DNA of 64,000 nt, taken from positions 5,677,086 to 5,741,085 of the forward strand of contig NW_002060947.1 of NCBI RefSeq assembly GCF_000150275.1. Direction: 5' to 3'. This DNA comes from Trichoplax adhaerens (taxonomy: Eukaryota > Animalia > Placozoa). The translations under genes were made by a program, and so were the position numbers. The notes under the pieces were generated by a model. The model searched no databases. It worked only from the letters and a program-made list of their open reading frames with translations, and was not told the DNA's origin. Positions 50,361-64,000 of this stretch are shown here, in pieces (positions within the stretch are counted from its first letter, which is position 1; each line of letters begins with the position of its first letter).

Positions 50361-53360
50361 ATCACACCGCTTTTACTCGTACCATACTGTTATTGTAAAC
50401 TACTGCAACACTAATCGTGTTAACTCTTACTGCAATTCGACAAGGAGCACAAGGAAATGGACAAGACCACAATAATTCACCACCAATTAGCGCATAGGAA
50501 GTGATTCTACTGTACATGATGACTTGCATTGGTGTCTTTAGCCGTTGTAAAGTGCTCAAGATATAAGTTATTAAGTTAAATGGACGATTGAATTTACAAA
50601 TAAGTGTTATCCATTAACTTAGCGACTCACTTATCAGGTCTCAAGCATTAAATAGCCTCACCAATTTCCCTGGTGCAAAACTATCATAAATAATAAATTA
50701 ATAGCCAAGTCTACAGAAGTATAGTAAGAATCACATTATACTTTTCGACGACATTGGATATTTGTTAATTTAATAACTGCGTGTTAACATATGATTCATC
50801 ACATAATAAAAACTATAATATTGATGGCACAATTATGAATTCATGAATGCCACTTGATATGCACGGTTGATACTAGTTTATACGGTGAATATTACAGGAT
50901 AGAGACAGAGAAAGCATATAGACAGCAATCAGAAAGAATATGGCTGTGAATTTCCTTTTAATGTCTTGCTTTGTGTAGAATATATATCCGTCCATTTGAA
51001 CGGGGGCTTTACTAGTATTATTAATTAGAGAAACTTTGATGTAGCTAGCTTGTCTTATGCTTTGCATCGTAGCCGCTTTTGACTTGGGACTTTGAAGAGA
51101 AATTCTCTTAGAAAAAGCATCTATTTTGCCTTTTTACATCTTTATGCTGTAAATTAGGCACTACCAAACACTCCTCTTACGTATCAATTTATCACACATT
51201 ACAACTCCGGTATTCCAATGTCAAGATTGATCCTTTATGTATATCTAAATAAACCTGTAGTATCTTGCCAGCTCTTGTACTCATCGAAATCCTTTCTTAA
51301 ACTACTGACAGAAACCACGTCTGTTTACAAAAGCCCTCTACTAGAACTGTCAAGATAATTGTTACATGTCAAGAGTACTTAGCTTGATCCCTAAGCAAGG
51401 ATTGAGCTGCTGTGATAATCGATTTCTGCCTGAATCAACCGTGCTTACGTCAATGAATGAGAGCTTTAGCTCTTCGGTTCGCTATCAAATATCTAGATGA
51501 ATTGTCAATCATAATATTAGTCAACAATACGCACACAGTATACGACATTTTCTGACGGCGATTAATAGCTGGCAGTATGCAACATGTCTTCAAATCGCTA
51601 TTATAACAATAGGAAAATTTCCTTTTAAAATTGAACAGTCATTTTTACAATTATCCGCTAAAAGTAGGTCATCATTTTTTCATCATTATTAGAATTGCGA
51701 TAAATTTTAAATTAATTCATTGTCTATAGTTTAACTTCTAATTATTCGATTTATCTCTATTTTGCATAGTTCTTGGTTTTTAATCAAGTATTGCAGCAAT
51801 AAATGATTCTTCAGTAATAGAATGACTTACATGAAATAATGCTAAAGTATTTCCGCTACATAATTACAGGTATGGAATTGATCAGTGAAATATGGTTAAT
51901 CCATAATCAATGAGAATACCCATCCCCAATTCATGCCAATTTTGTCCCTTTAGAAAAGGCCAGAATTTTTAATCTGATGCTCGCAATTTCAAAACTGTAA
52001 TCCCTAAATCGCATTCATTTATCGTCGATTTAATATTTAGTAATAATTGCAAAGGCTGAGAATAGAGCTGAAACGTATCAACAAATAAGATTGATACGCA
52101 ATCATCTTATATTCAATTAGAGAATGAAGAGCTGGTCTTAATTAATCTTCAACGTCTGTTATAGAGAAGCTATAAACTAATTAACTAATAAAGGAAAGAT
52201 TCATTTTATGGCTTAAAATTTTATAACGTTAACGGTCTATTTGAGGCCCTCTATGTCATAAGCCTATCCTAAGTCATGATGGAGGGTAAGTGTAAGGATA
52301 GGTGAATTTTAATTTATGAATCAAGATTGAACTTTAGCTTTTTTTAGTCTACTTACAAAGATGAATAATTTTTGTCGTAAAGTGTGTACGGCATATTAAC
52401 TATAAATTACATGTAATTATTCGAATTGGATGTAAAATCAACTTTCAAATGTACACGTATTTGTTAGCAATGATTATAGCCACACACGGTAAATAGAAAT
52501 GCTGAATATAAGAACGATTATCATATATTCGTATGCGTACAGTTATGAACCATAATGCAAACAGCGGCTGTATACGAGTATATACGTATTACCGTTGATA
52601 ACACTAGAGCACATGTCGATGAGCTACCATGACTTTAATAAATCTAAATTATGATTATGCTTGCATTCTTATTAATTAAATTAATGACTTCCTTGTTTAG
52701 TATAATATGAACATAAGAATAAACTATCGTGATAGCTATTTTATTTTCTTCAGGTTAAACAAGCGTCGTACCTTATAGTACTATTTATAAAACAGGCCAA
52801 CTACCTTATCTTTTGATTTGTTAACCCTTTAAACTATGAAATTGGGTCTACTAGACCATTTCAATGCGAATCGTAGAAGTAGCAACCACCACTGCAGATC
52901 TTTTTATTGCATTCACTTTTTCATCATTAGCATTAAATGTACTTTTAGTGACTACTAGCTAGTTTGATCAAGCTGCTAAGAAATTCAAAGGAAAGTTCCA
53001 TCATGAAGGATATATGCTTAAAAACTATAAGTATATTTTAGCTGTGACATCATTAGTATGCAAATCCTATTACCTATCAGCGATCATGCCAAGGTGGCAA
53101 AAAAATAATTTCAGTATAGTATTATACATTATTTTAGTGTAATTACTACAGCGCAGAATGACAGGCCTTGAAAAATAACGAACGAATAAGGCGTCGTTAA
53201 ATTAAAAATTTGCACCTGGCCAAATTGTCTGTCACTCATTAATATTTTATTCGATCAAAATGTACGTCTAGATTGACCTAATTTGTATATAAAATAAACA
53301 CAAAAGTGTTTAATAATCGAAACCGTTTTAGAATAATTTAGTCTTAAAATCAATCCGAAA

Positions 53361-56300
53361 ATGGCGTCAAAAAGTTATCCGTGTTTTACTGTAAGCGCAG
53401 TAGAATAACTTCATATAATTATTTCTCGTTCATCATGTGATTCAGTTCTGTAAAAGTGGATTATTAAAGACAGAAAATGATGGTAGATCAGTTACATGCA
53501 GGCTATATTTGAAATTTACTGCTACTAACTACAAAAACGACGAATCCATTTCGGCAATCCGCTATTTCTAGGGCTTAATATCTTGGAAGTATTTCATATT
53601 AACTGACTTGTTATTTCTTTCATAGCTGTTCTTACTTCAATTTTGTGTGGTTTTTGGATTACCATCATCTAGTAAGTTAATCTTGAAAAATCTTTCCTAA
53701 CTGAAAATTGAATTACCAGTTAGATCTAAAAAGTGCAAAGCAGTCATTAAATGTGCATTCTATTGTACACTAGCCTTAAAATTGTTGTCTTACATTTTAT
53801 CTACTTGAGATAAGATGTCATGATAGCTATCACTGCAGTATGGGGATATCAATGCCAATGCCTCTACAATTAAGATAACTAATACATAAATCCTTGTTCC
53901 TGTCATTTTAGTGGAGAAATTTTGGATTCGAACAGACAATGAAGTGAATACCTGTTATCATGTTTCTAGCTTTCAATATAATTTTTTCACTGCTCAAATA
54001 TATTGCCAATCAGTTGGCGGTAGTTTAGCTATATTAGACACTTACGATAAGCAAACATCATTCGCTAAAATGTATTACAATCACCTTGGCCTTGATGCAG
54101 ACATATGGATCGGATTGCACAATCTTTATAGTTCAGAACTTAATTATTATGAATTACGATGGATGAATGGCCAATTAATCGACTTCACTAACATTATACC
54201 TCATGAATCGAATAATACGGCAGAGCTCTGTTGTACTATGAGATATCAATTCAATCATACATGGTACTATGATAATTGCATGAATTCTCGCAATTTTGCC
54301 TGTCAAAAAGGTACGGTAAGAAATGTAATTAACTAATTGAAGGAAAGGAATAGATTTGATCTCTCGTACCGGGTCCGGAGATATTTCAACATTATAGGTT
54401 ACCGTGCGTTTCCTACTCCCTTAGAAATTCATACTATTACTTAGGCAATATATTTTCAAAACCTTGTTAAGGAGAATGCGAAAGAGCAAGATAACTATTC
54501 CTCTTAGATGCAATATTAGAAGGATTTTGCCATTTTTCTTCTACTTCTATCACAGTATGTATTAGTTCTGTATTGTGACATATCACATTTAGTTTGCAAT
54601 TAAACTTTATTCTTCCCCACGGTGTTAGTATTACCTACAGTATAATCCTACATTCAAGTAATAAAAAAGCAGTCTGATGAGACGGTGTGACAGCGATTCT
54701 TATTACACTATGAATATCAGGAATTTCTTTTCTTTTTGCTTTCTTTTTATTTATATATCGCAGAAGAATGTCAGCACCTTTAATGTTCTGAGATAGATCA
54801 TAATCGATAATAAGTTTAATAACGTTACAAAATTTTTTCTACGATTGTTACGAAATAATACAGTTGTTGTAGACATAATATCGATAAGATCTATCATATT
54901 GAATAAGCCTGTTTATTCAGTATATTTCTGCAGTTGTTCTGTAATGATGACGATTAAGTCCTAGATAGCATATCTAAGAAAATAAGTTGTTATCTTATTA
55001 TGAATAAGATAAGATTGTCGTTAACATTCATGGTATGTCCGTGTCTGTAATGATGACGATTAAGTCCTAGATAGCATATCTAGGAAAATAAGTTGTTATC
55101 TTATTATGAATAAGATAAGATTGTCGTTAACATTCATGGTATGTCCGTTATTGCACATTACTGGTAATTGTCTCTTAAATATAACGGCTCCTAACGCATA
55201 ATAAAGTTAGTTCGGTACTTAAGCTCTATTGGTCTCGTGATTGTTCAGTACTCAAGCCCTACTGGACTAGTAAATTATTGTTACGATAAACTAGAAAGTG
55301 TAACAACGATAGCTGAGGAACCTATCCATTGATCTTAAATTAAATCGGCCACTGTTTAGAAATAAATCAAAGATAAACGTATGTTATCCACATAGAAATT
55401 GTCTTAGATTATGCCTATTTCCATACTATATTTTTTAGAGCTAGAATTCTTTAGCAATGATAAGAGATTGAAGCTTATTCCCTATGTCAACACTGCAGTA
55501 TATTATGTAATGAATCACTTTTGCATATGTTACAAAACAACGTACTGTATATCCAATTTTTTTTTCAGTTTCTAAAATTAGCTACCTTATAAGTACCAAG
55601 ACGGAAATTTCTATTTATGCTTAATGATATTTAATGAGACCTTTCTAATCATGATCAAATTAATGAATAGTTTTGAATTCAACTCTTCCGACTTAAGTAA
55701 CGATATTCATGCTTGTTATTTATCAAATTAATCGTTGCCATTGTGGCTATTGAGACTATTGAGAAGAGGGAATTGACCTTAACATTCATGTTGAATAAAC
55801 TATCTGCAATAGCTTCATTTACATTAATTTTTCTGTTGATAATTATAAACTAATAATTAGCTTTTACTTCAATGTATTGCAACAGATTGTACTGTCGATT
55901 TTCAATATGAAAATCGTGCCTTCACTCTTTATGGCACCAATTTGGGTTATGATGACAGTCGATCAGATTGCCAAGGCAAAGGTGGTGATTTAGCAATCGT
56001 TAACGAAGAGGCCATAAGTAAAGTCTTAAATGCTACCTTGCCGTTGAATTTGCATTTATGGATTGGTCTCCGAGATATACACAACGTCAATAGTCCATTT
56101 CAATTCATCTGGGTTAACGATACAGTGGCAATATCTTACGTTAATTGGGGTTTGATTGGCCCTAACACTGATGATTGTGTCGTTGTTACACCTTTTAGTG
56201 GCACTTACAAATGGGTTAACTACCCATGCACCTCGTCTGTTTATCGTTTATGTGAAAAAGGTTCTAAATAAATTATTTTGTAGTGTTAGAATACTTGGAA

Positions 56301-58000
56301 GTGATCTTATACTGACATTAAATTAGCTAGAGCTCAGTTTCTTGCTCTGCTTGTTCTGATTGCAGAAGCATCACCAATATCACCAATCACTTCACAACCA
56401 ACTGCAGTAGCAACAATACCATCCACTACAGACGGAGTAACAACATTTGAATCGACAACATCAGAATCAACTACGGAAGGATCGACGATATTGGAATCCA
56501 CAACATCAGAATCAACTACGGGAGGATCGACGACATTGGAATCAACAACATCGGAACTAGGTACAGTGCAATCGACAACATCAGAATTTGGTACGGAACA
56601 ATCGACTACATCGCTATCTGGCACATCAGAATCAATTACAACAGAATCGGCTACATCTGAATCAACTACATCAGCATCAACATCAGAATTAGGTACAACG
56701 GAATCGACTACAACTGGATCGGAAACATCAGGTTCAACTGCTGTGGAATTGTCTACTTCGGAATCAACATCATCCGGATCCGAATCAACTACTGTGACGA
56801 CTGAGGAATTAGAATTAGGATCTAATTCGTCAGATTTAGTAACACTGGTGCCAACAACATCCGATTATGGCCAAGTTTTAATTCGATATTATTCCTATGT
56901 AAAAGAAGTCATTCAAGTAGGAGCCCTTACAGGTATAATCAGGATCATTGTTTTTATTTAAATCTATCCCAAAGTATAATTTTGGACCATCTCCCAGTGA
57001 CCTACCGTGATGTTAGCCAATTGGGCATGTAGTTGTGAATGATACTTCGTAAGGTACTTGAAAAAATAGTCGGTCTCTTTATGGTTACTGTCTTGTCAAT
57101 AACTGATCAAGAATTGGTTATATTGCACAGCGTAATAACTCATGATAAACAAATATCTTTTCTAGCAGTCCTACAATTTGATTTTATCGTTGTATGGCCA
57201 AATAACCGATTAGAATTTCGACTTTGCTTGCATGTAGAACAAATAGCTTTAGGATCTACCTTTACTTGATAGTATAGCCTTATTAATCATGGAAAGTTAC
57301 TACGGAGCATTTTAAAATATATTCACATGATTATGGGTAACAGGGAAAGTCCCATTCTTTCGTTTTATACTCGGTTAGAAAAGTCGTCCTAACTTCATAT
57401 AAAGCAAAGTATTGTAGGATCTGCATGTATTCCATGTAATGATGCAACCCTTCCAATTATTTATCGAAATTTACTCTACAGCATAGCGTAGTACTAACTT
57501 AAGACGCACAAATCTTCGTATTCTAAGAATAATTAATGAATCACCTGGATAAGATGGCAAAATTTCGACATCTAACCGTTTAAAATGAGATATTCAACAT
57601 CTGTAGTTAACAATTTGATAAACTGTTTATAAAATGAAGAGAGAGAGGGACAGATATAGCTTTAGGCATTTTATCTGTAAAGTATTTCATTCATTCTAAG
57701 ACACCTTGTCAAGAAATATAGGGTAATATGGTCATTGTTGAAAACTAATTTTATGTTCTTTTTTCTTTATGTTCTACGTTACTCTCTAACTATATGATTC
57801 TAGTTCAAAGTTCTTATCGAATGGTCGGTATTCCAACTACTAAAATACTACAACCAATCATGTCGTGGTCTGGCATATCGCGCCATCAATGCGCTTTCTA
57901 CTGCACAAGAAATTTAATCTGTTCCCATTTTGACTACAACTCTTCGATTATCTTTACCACAGATATTTCTCTATGCACCCTGTATAGTGTAAAGGCATAA
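53361..58000 (+). CDS. Secreted protein: signal peptide, two C-type lectin domains, Ser/Thr mucin stalk, C-terminal PAN/apple-like module
   Basis: Exons 53361-53390, 53626-53671, 53912-54310 (C...GGSLA...WIGL...CC...W...C...FAC), 55886-56260 (C..KGGDLA...WIGL...DDCV...W...C...LCE), 56366-56932 (STTSE repeats), 57804-58000 (QCAFYC...CSHFDY...CTLY). No TM helix. Confidence 0.85.
54938..55148. repeat. Near-perfect 106-bp tandem duplication in a lectin intron
   Basis: tctgtaatgatgacgattaagtcc...ggtatgtccgt at 54938 and 55044; one mismatch seen. Confidence 0.95.
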
Positions 58001-60142
58001 GCTTTGCAGCTCAATGACTAATCATTGAGTAACAATTACTGCCTTTTTTAGATACGACAGCCATAATATTCAGCTAATAAATTATTAAGTGCTATCGAAA
58101 GATTAACCCACGGTATTGTTATATTAACAATATACATATAACTAATTTGAAATTTTGCAAGTCATGCCATGAAGTAGCAATTCACTACCATGATCAAGGT
58201 AGATGTATGTAATGCATCATTTTATGCCTTTAAACGCTTGAATATAATTGTTGTTAGATAGAAGAAACTTTACTTAACCAAATGAATATTTAACTTAGTT
58301 AACTTAATTAAGTTGCCATGGATTATGTTCTTGTTCAGAGTAGACGGTTATAACAGATTAAATGATCGTTTTAATTTACAAAATACTTGTATTTTATTTT
58401 TTTTCGCTCCTAAGGCGCTTAAATAGTCCTTAAGCTCCAAGATCATGATTGTAATTCCTTTTTAATGCTAACAATATCCTAATACCCGGTAAGGATGATA
58501 AATACTATGCCTTCTAAAGTCAGCCATTATCATATTTTCGAGTATAATTTTTCGGAGAATGTCAGTACGGTTATATCTATCTTAAGCTCTAGCTTTATTA
58601 TCTTCGAATGCAAGTATGAAAATTATTAAAGATTTCGCTATGTCCTTATCCTGATTATTAAATATATAGAGTTACAGATTCAATTCGATCCTATTTCTTT
58701 GCAGTTTTTTCAAACTTCTTTTAATATTAAAAACTAGCTTTAATCAGCTATTATCGAATAAGTAATTATATATGTTTTTATACTGTTGAAGGAAGACTTA
58801 TTTACATTGAAGAGACCAAAATTTACTGAATACAATCTCTGTTGTGACTTTCATCATTTATTATTTATATTACTCATAACGGATTATTCGGTAAAAAATG
58901 TTAAAGTCATCTTATAACAAATAAGATCGGTCACTTGACGTTCTTCTCTAAAGTAATACTTACTATAATAAATAGATAATTTCAGTATTATTAACATGCA
59001 TAAAACTATTAGTTTTTAATGTATTCTGTAACGCTAACAATTCTACATAGAATCGTCTAACTAAAGGGTTCGTGAAACGCTTGCATCATTAAAATACCTG
59101 TAGAACTATTTTAGGAGTACTTTATTGCATTTTTTGGAGACACCCTGTCTACCCAAGATAGAATTTAAAATGCTAATTTAGTAAAATAAAAAATTAGATT
59201 TTACGTATTCCAAAGTATTTCTAATATTTGAAATTAAAAAGATCTATTCAGTCTCATTTTCATTTTCGTTGATATTCTATCATAAATTATAATTATAATC
59301 TGAACCCAACAAATATACTGTTGATAATATCCTGCATATCCTGCTTTCTTTCTCGTATTCAATGCTGTTTTTATCGGACTTTGATAATTACAAGATATTA
59401 GAGATTCCTGCTTTGATCTAAAGGAAAAAGAAGCGGTTTTCTAAACCTGCCAATTTGCTAAAATTATAAATAAGTGGCTTAAATAATAAGTAGTTTAATG
59501 GTATAATATCGCGGAATACCTATTTTATTTCGTGATTCAAGCTTAATTTTCTTTCTGAAGCTCAATAAAAATAAGAATAAACATCTACTTAAAGGGCTCT
59601 AATGCAATAGATTGCTATAATTCAAGTCTATACATGTGAACATGCATGTGGATAAAGTTTTTTCTGAAACTCGCAATAATAATTAATTACCGAAGTATGA
59701 GGGGGATAAGTACAAGCCCATACTGCTTATTAGATGAATTAATAGAGCTACTAAATAGTCTGATCAATTTAATTCGTATAATTATCTGTATTGTACAGTA
59801 ATATTTATATCATACTCGTACGTGCTATATTGCTCTAAATTACTTTAACATCTGCCATCTCTGGAATATTATATATAGATAGAATGTGATAAAATAAGAT
59901 GAATAATGTAAGGTGTATAGTTTGAAGAGTATTAAATTTCGCACTTTTCTTGCCGTATTCAGCTACTGTAATTCATTAATTATTAAATATTGTTCCCTAG
60001 GCTCAGGAAATGAAAATAATTAACTCTTTGCAAATCATCAAATTTAATTTCGAATTTTTCTCGTTAGTTGTATTTCGTGACATTGCATCATTGCTTCCTA
60101 CATAGACCGTTTTATGCTCTACATTTCGAAAGTAACAACTAA

Positions 60143-63100
60143 ATGGCATTTGATTTTCAACTTTATATTCTTATAATCGTAAGCTGCTGTAGTTTTGTTA
60201 ATTATAATTATTATACGCAGATTGTAATTATTTTTAAAACCAACTATAGGCCCATCATATTACATATGGATTTTAACCTTATCATCTGACTTGAATCTTA
60301 GTCTCGTAATGCTTTACACGATTAATATTATTCTAATTCATGAATAGGCTATCATTATATCAATTTATGCTCCTATAACGATAGGTATTCCTGCAGGTAA
60401 GCTAGGATAGATTGTAGAATTATGATTAGGGATATATCAAGAGGAGATATTTATATTTTCCTTTTTAGCGTTATTGACCGACTGTGATGAGTTATTAAAT
60501 ATAGCTAGAGGAGCCAATACTGGTTTGGGAAGTTTATTGAATTTAGACTAGAATTTTAAATCATCGCTGCTGTAGTAGATTATCTGTCCGACATAAAGTA
60601 AAATAACACCACTTATATGATTATTATGGATTTAGATTATACTCACATACTTAAAATTTTCAGTGACACGTATAAATAAACCCCTTAATTCTAATAATAC
60701 TATACTTCAGAATTAAATTCAGACTGTTTACAGCCATTAGACCGTAAATATATTCTAAGTCATTTATAAATTATAGCGATAAAGGTTCTCTTCTCAAATC
60801 AATTAGTCTGTGGAAAAAATTACGCTACCATTATAATATCTTACAAAGATATTTGTGTATGTATCATATTGACAAGTGGCGATTTACATGAAAAGGTCCT
60901 CTGCTTATGCTTGATTTAAAATTATTTTTATATTACGTTATAATTATTCAACTTTCACGAAAATGCCACCTCAAATAGATCTTTATGCCAATAAAGGAGC
61001 TCAGAAGGATCCAGGTAATTTCAAGTATAGTCATAAATAACTCTGATCATAATCATAATTATTAATAAATGATAGGCTTGACGAGTCCTAGCGTTCAATA
61101 CCTTGCTGCATAATTTAAATATTATTTTACCTGCTTTCCTCTTTGATTGTTAAGGTATCGAGCTTATTCGCCATATTATGAGTAGATATAACTAATAATT
61201 TACTGATATGAAATCCTTATTCAGTATATCAAATTTATTTCTGGATTAATTAGCAGTCCTTGATCACAAATAATAGTGCACCCATTCTCAAGGTTCTATT
61301 CCATCGTAATCTGGTTATAAAAGATCACTGACTGCCAAAGCATACAAGCAGATACTATTATAAATTATGCTAATATCTAGTCATGAATTTGTACTGGAAA
61401 GTTAATATCTATATCTAAAATAATACCGTCCAACTTTTTGGTTGGTAGTCAAAGTTAATACTGTACACTGTGTAGTACCATAATGGTTTAAAAAAATTTA
61501 GGTTCTTATATGAAGGTTCGTTAAAGATACTTTCCATGATAATAAGGACGTATCTTTACGATCAAGCAATTCAAATTTTAAAGCATTTCTGAATTGAGCG
61601 TATAATTACGTATTGTAATTATGCAGTAAAAGTGCTAAATACTGTACATCATACAAGTAAAGAAACTAGATTAAGAACACTGATCTGAGTGTAGTGAGAG
61701 GGCCACCTACTTGTATTACAGAATATTTAAGCTCTTAAGATGCTATAATTTTAGCAATTCATCTTCATAACAACCTTTTATCCTTAAAGTAATTGAAATA
61801 CGGTATTCTCTGAATTGCTTCTATTAATTATTCCTGTTTGTATGTAGGTTTGCTAGCAGATAATATATAACTTCTAACATTAAGTTTAAGAGTTTGATAA
61901 TTAATTAAACTCTAACCATCTGTTTTCCATATTTAATTCCAGAAGTGTAAATTTAATTTACTGTTAAATTAGTACAGGAATAATTCTGCTTGAATTAGAT
62001 TTAATTGATTTCATTTTGCTGTTCCTGATGATACACCTAATTCAAGTGAAATAGCTTTCATCTAGACGATAATTAATTATTAAAAATAATAAAATATTTA
62101 GCTATAGCGGTATTATTTCAACGTCATAGGGAATAGCTATGAATGAATGATTAATTTGGATATGATGATTCCATTACCATTTCAAATTTCTTAGAATTAT
62201 TCTAACCTACCGTACTTTCTATAACAGAAATAACGGCCCAGGTACATAAGTAAACTGATTCAAATGCACGATACGTTGTCTGGGAAAAATATCAATTCTA
62301 TCTAGTAATTCTTCGGTCTAATCATGATATTTTACTGACTAAACTAATAGCATTTAATTAGTATTAACTACCATACTACTGTATAAGGCAATCTGTAAAA
62401 TAATCTTTAGAAGAATTATTATTCTAAGCAGAGACAGGATCACTGCAGAATTGAAATTATAAAAAGATCTGGAAAAATATAGTTTAGATCTAGAATCTGA
62501 TCATCTAATGCTTCGTTCGTAAAGATATAAGTTTGTCTACTTGGCAAACTGCAAATAATTAATTAGCTATGATTTATATGTAATACATTTAAGTTAAGTA
62601 ATGTTACCTGTATTGAATTTGGAGTTCATTGAATCTTAAAGCAGTCTTGTTGTTGGTTGTCTATAGCTGATGAAACTGAAATTACAGAAGCTCTTTATAA
62701 CCGTGAAATGCAATTAATTATTATAAATAAAATTAAGAAAACTTAGATTAATTTCTCCAATTCTGATTAATACTCTCCCTGGGCTGTCAGAATAATCTGC
62801 TAAAATATTCGTAAAACGGTTGGTGACTACCGTTCACTGTAATGTACATATATCTAAATTTGACAATCACGTATTTTCTAGCACATGAAATTTTCTTATT
62901 TTACTGCTAATTAAATACCATTTAAGAATTATTCGAGATTTATAAATAGTAGCAGGACCTGCGAATTTTAAGTTACAATATATTAGATATTGATTGATTG
63001 ATATAGAAGTGTCTACTGTTGAAATGCATATTTTTCCACCAACCAGCATTTTTTTGGTGAAAGTTACCACAGAATCGTAGCTTTAGGTATTCGTGTTCGC

Positions 63101-63380
63101 TTCTTGACAAGACCACACCAGTTAATAGTGAAACTGCCTCTTTTTAAAATTGTTTCTGAGACTTGTAAATGAAATTAGACTGCTAATATAGAGATATTTT
63201 AGCGATAGTATTATTTAGATAAATATTTTCTTGAATTTACAAAATTTTAATTACTGTGCTTGATATATCTACCAGAACCTGGCACAGCTGCCGCTACTAC
63301 CACCAGCACGAGTGAAAGTTCACCTTTATTTGTAATGTCTTATTATGAAAAGAAAATTTCAAGAACAACAGAGTGTACAG
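60143..63380 (+). CDS. Partial secreted protein, probable lectin-less paralog of the 53361-58000 gene; continues beyond the window
   Basis: Exons 60143-60178 (MAFDFQLYILII|gtaag), 60348-60396 (AIIISIYAPITIGIPA|gtaag), possibly 60979-61014, and 63276-63380 (EPGTAAATTTSTSESSPLFVMSYYEKKISRTTECT). Intron phases are compatible. Confidence 0.55.
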
Positions 63381-64000
63381 GTAATATTTTATTTCTGATG
63401 ATTGCGGAATATGTGCATTCTTCTGGCGGCTGTAGCAAGCACATACTTCACTCCATTTAACTATAATCAAACGTGAAATAACAGTAATATATTAGTAGAG
63501 TTATGCAAACATCAAAAACATGATATAGATAATATTGTCTGAACATATTGTTACGTAAAATAAAATCGCCAAACATTACCTTCCGCACTAGCAACAAATA
63601 AACATTATGTCTACAGCCCAAAACCCTCTTTTTGCTATCGCTAGGAGACATAATTACTTATGTTTCTCTAGATCAAATAGCATTAACCCCGACTAGGTAA
63701 TAATTTTTAGCTAAATTAAATAGATTTCAATGTCATTAATATCGATAACATTGCTAAAAATAGACTATTATTGAGACCAAAAGAAAGATAACGTTGCTAT
63801 CTAGATAAAATCAATGATGACATTGTTTTCTGTCCCGATAAATCAACTGAATACGAGCTCATGTTTACTATTCAAGTCATCTGATTTTATGTTGGCACTT
63901 GATCATATCGCAAAAGCTAAACTTTAATTTATAGATATTACGGACTTTCGGCGCGATTAAGCGAAATAATCCGGTGAATGAGTGTTTATGTTTCCTATTC

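Noticed and set aside
8302-53368. Recurrent YY1-like (A/G)ATGGCG motifs (about 8302, 18154, 32818, 45898, 53358)
   Set aside because: Short motif scattered through introns, UTRs and a start codon, with no positional pattern
56334-56624. Antisense ORF with SDVVD repeats
   Set aside because: Shadow of the STTSE mucin exon on the plus strand
59130-59148. Tc1/mariner-like TIR end (reverse complement CAGGGTGTCTCCAAAAA)
   Set aside because: No partner TIR, TA duplication or transposase was seen

Overview
Eukaryotic, AT-rich, intron-dense animal DNA with short GT-AG introns. The compact genes and abundant ACAGT/TACAG pentamer tracts suggest a placozoan such as Trichoplax; this is inference, not verified. 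Hand-splicing supports these genes in order: a partial formin GBD/DID-like gene (-, leaves the window), an intronless HEXIM-like PYNT protein (-), intronless TXNDC9/PhLP3 (+), CRAMP1/cramped (+), SLC25A43 (+), TMEM201/Ima1 (-), UFSP2 (+), UBE2A/Rad6 (-), a strongly divergent importin-alpha-like gene (+), selenoprotein MSRB1 (-) with an in-frame UGA and a SECIS-like hairpin, a secreted 2xC-type-lectin/mucin/PAN-like protein (+), and a probable lectin-less paralog (+, partial). Notable observations: (1) the MSRB1 UGA plus a SECIS candidate with an unusual apex; (2) a minimal HEXIM-like protein lacking the 7SK-binding and cyclin T coiled-coil regions; (3) an IBB-less importin-alpha with a degenerate major NLS site; (4) self-complementary TACAG/CTGTA islands and near-nucleosome-length tandem repeats concentrated at housekeeping-gene 5' ends; (5) phase-1 exon shuffling in the lectin pair. 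No rRNA, tRNA, CRISPR array or intact transposon was seen. All family assignments come from recalled motifs; no search was run.
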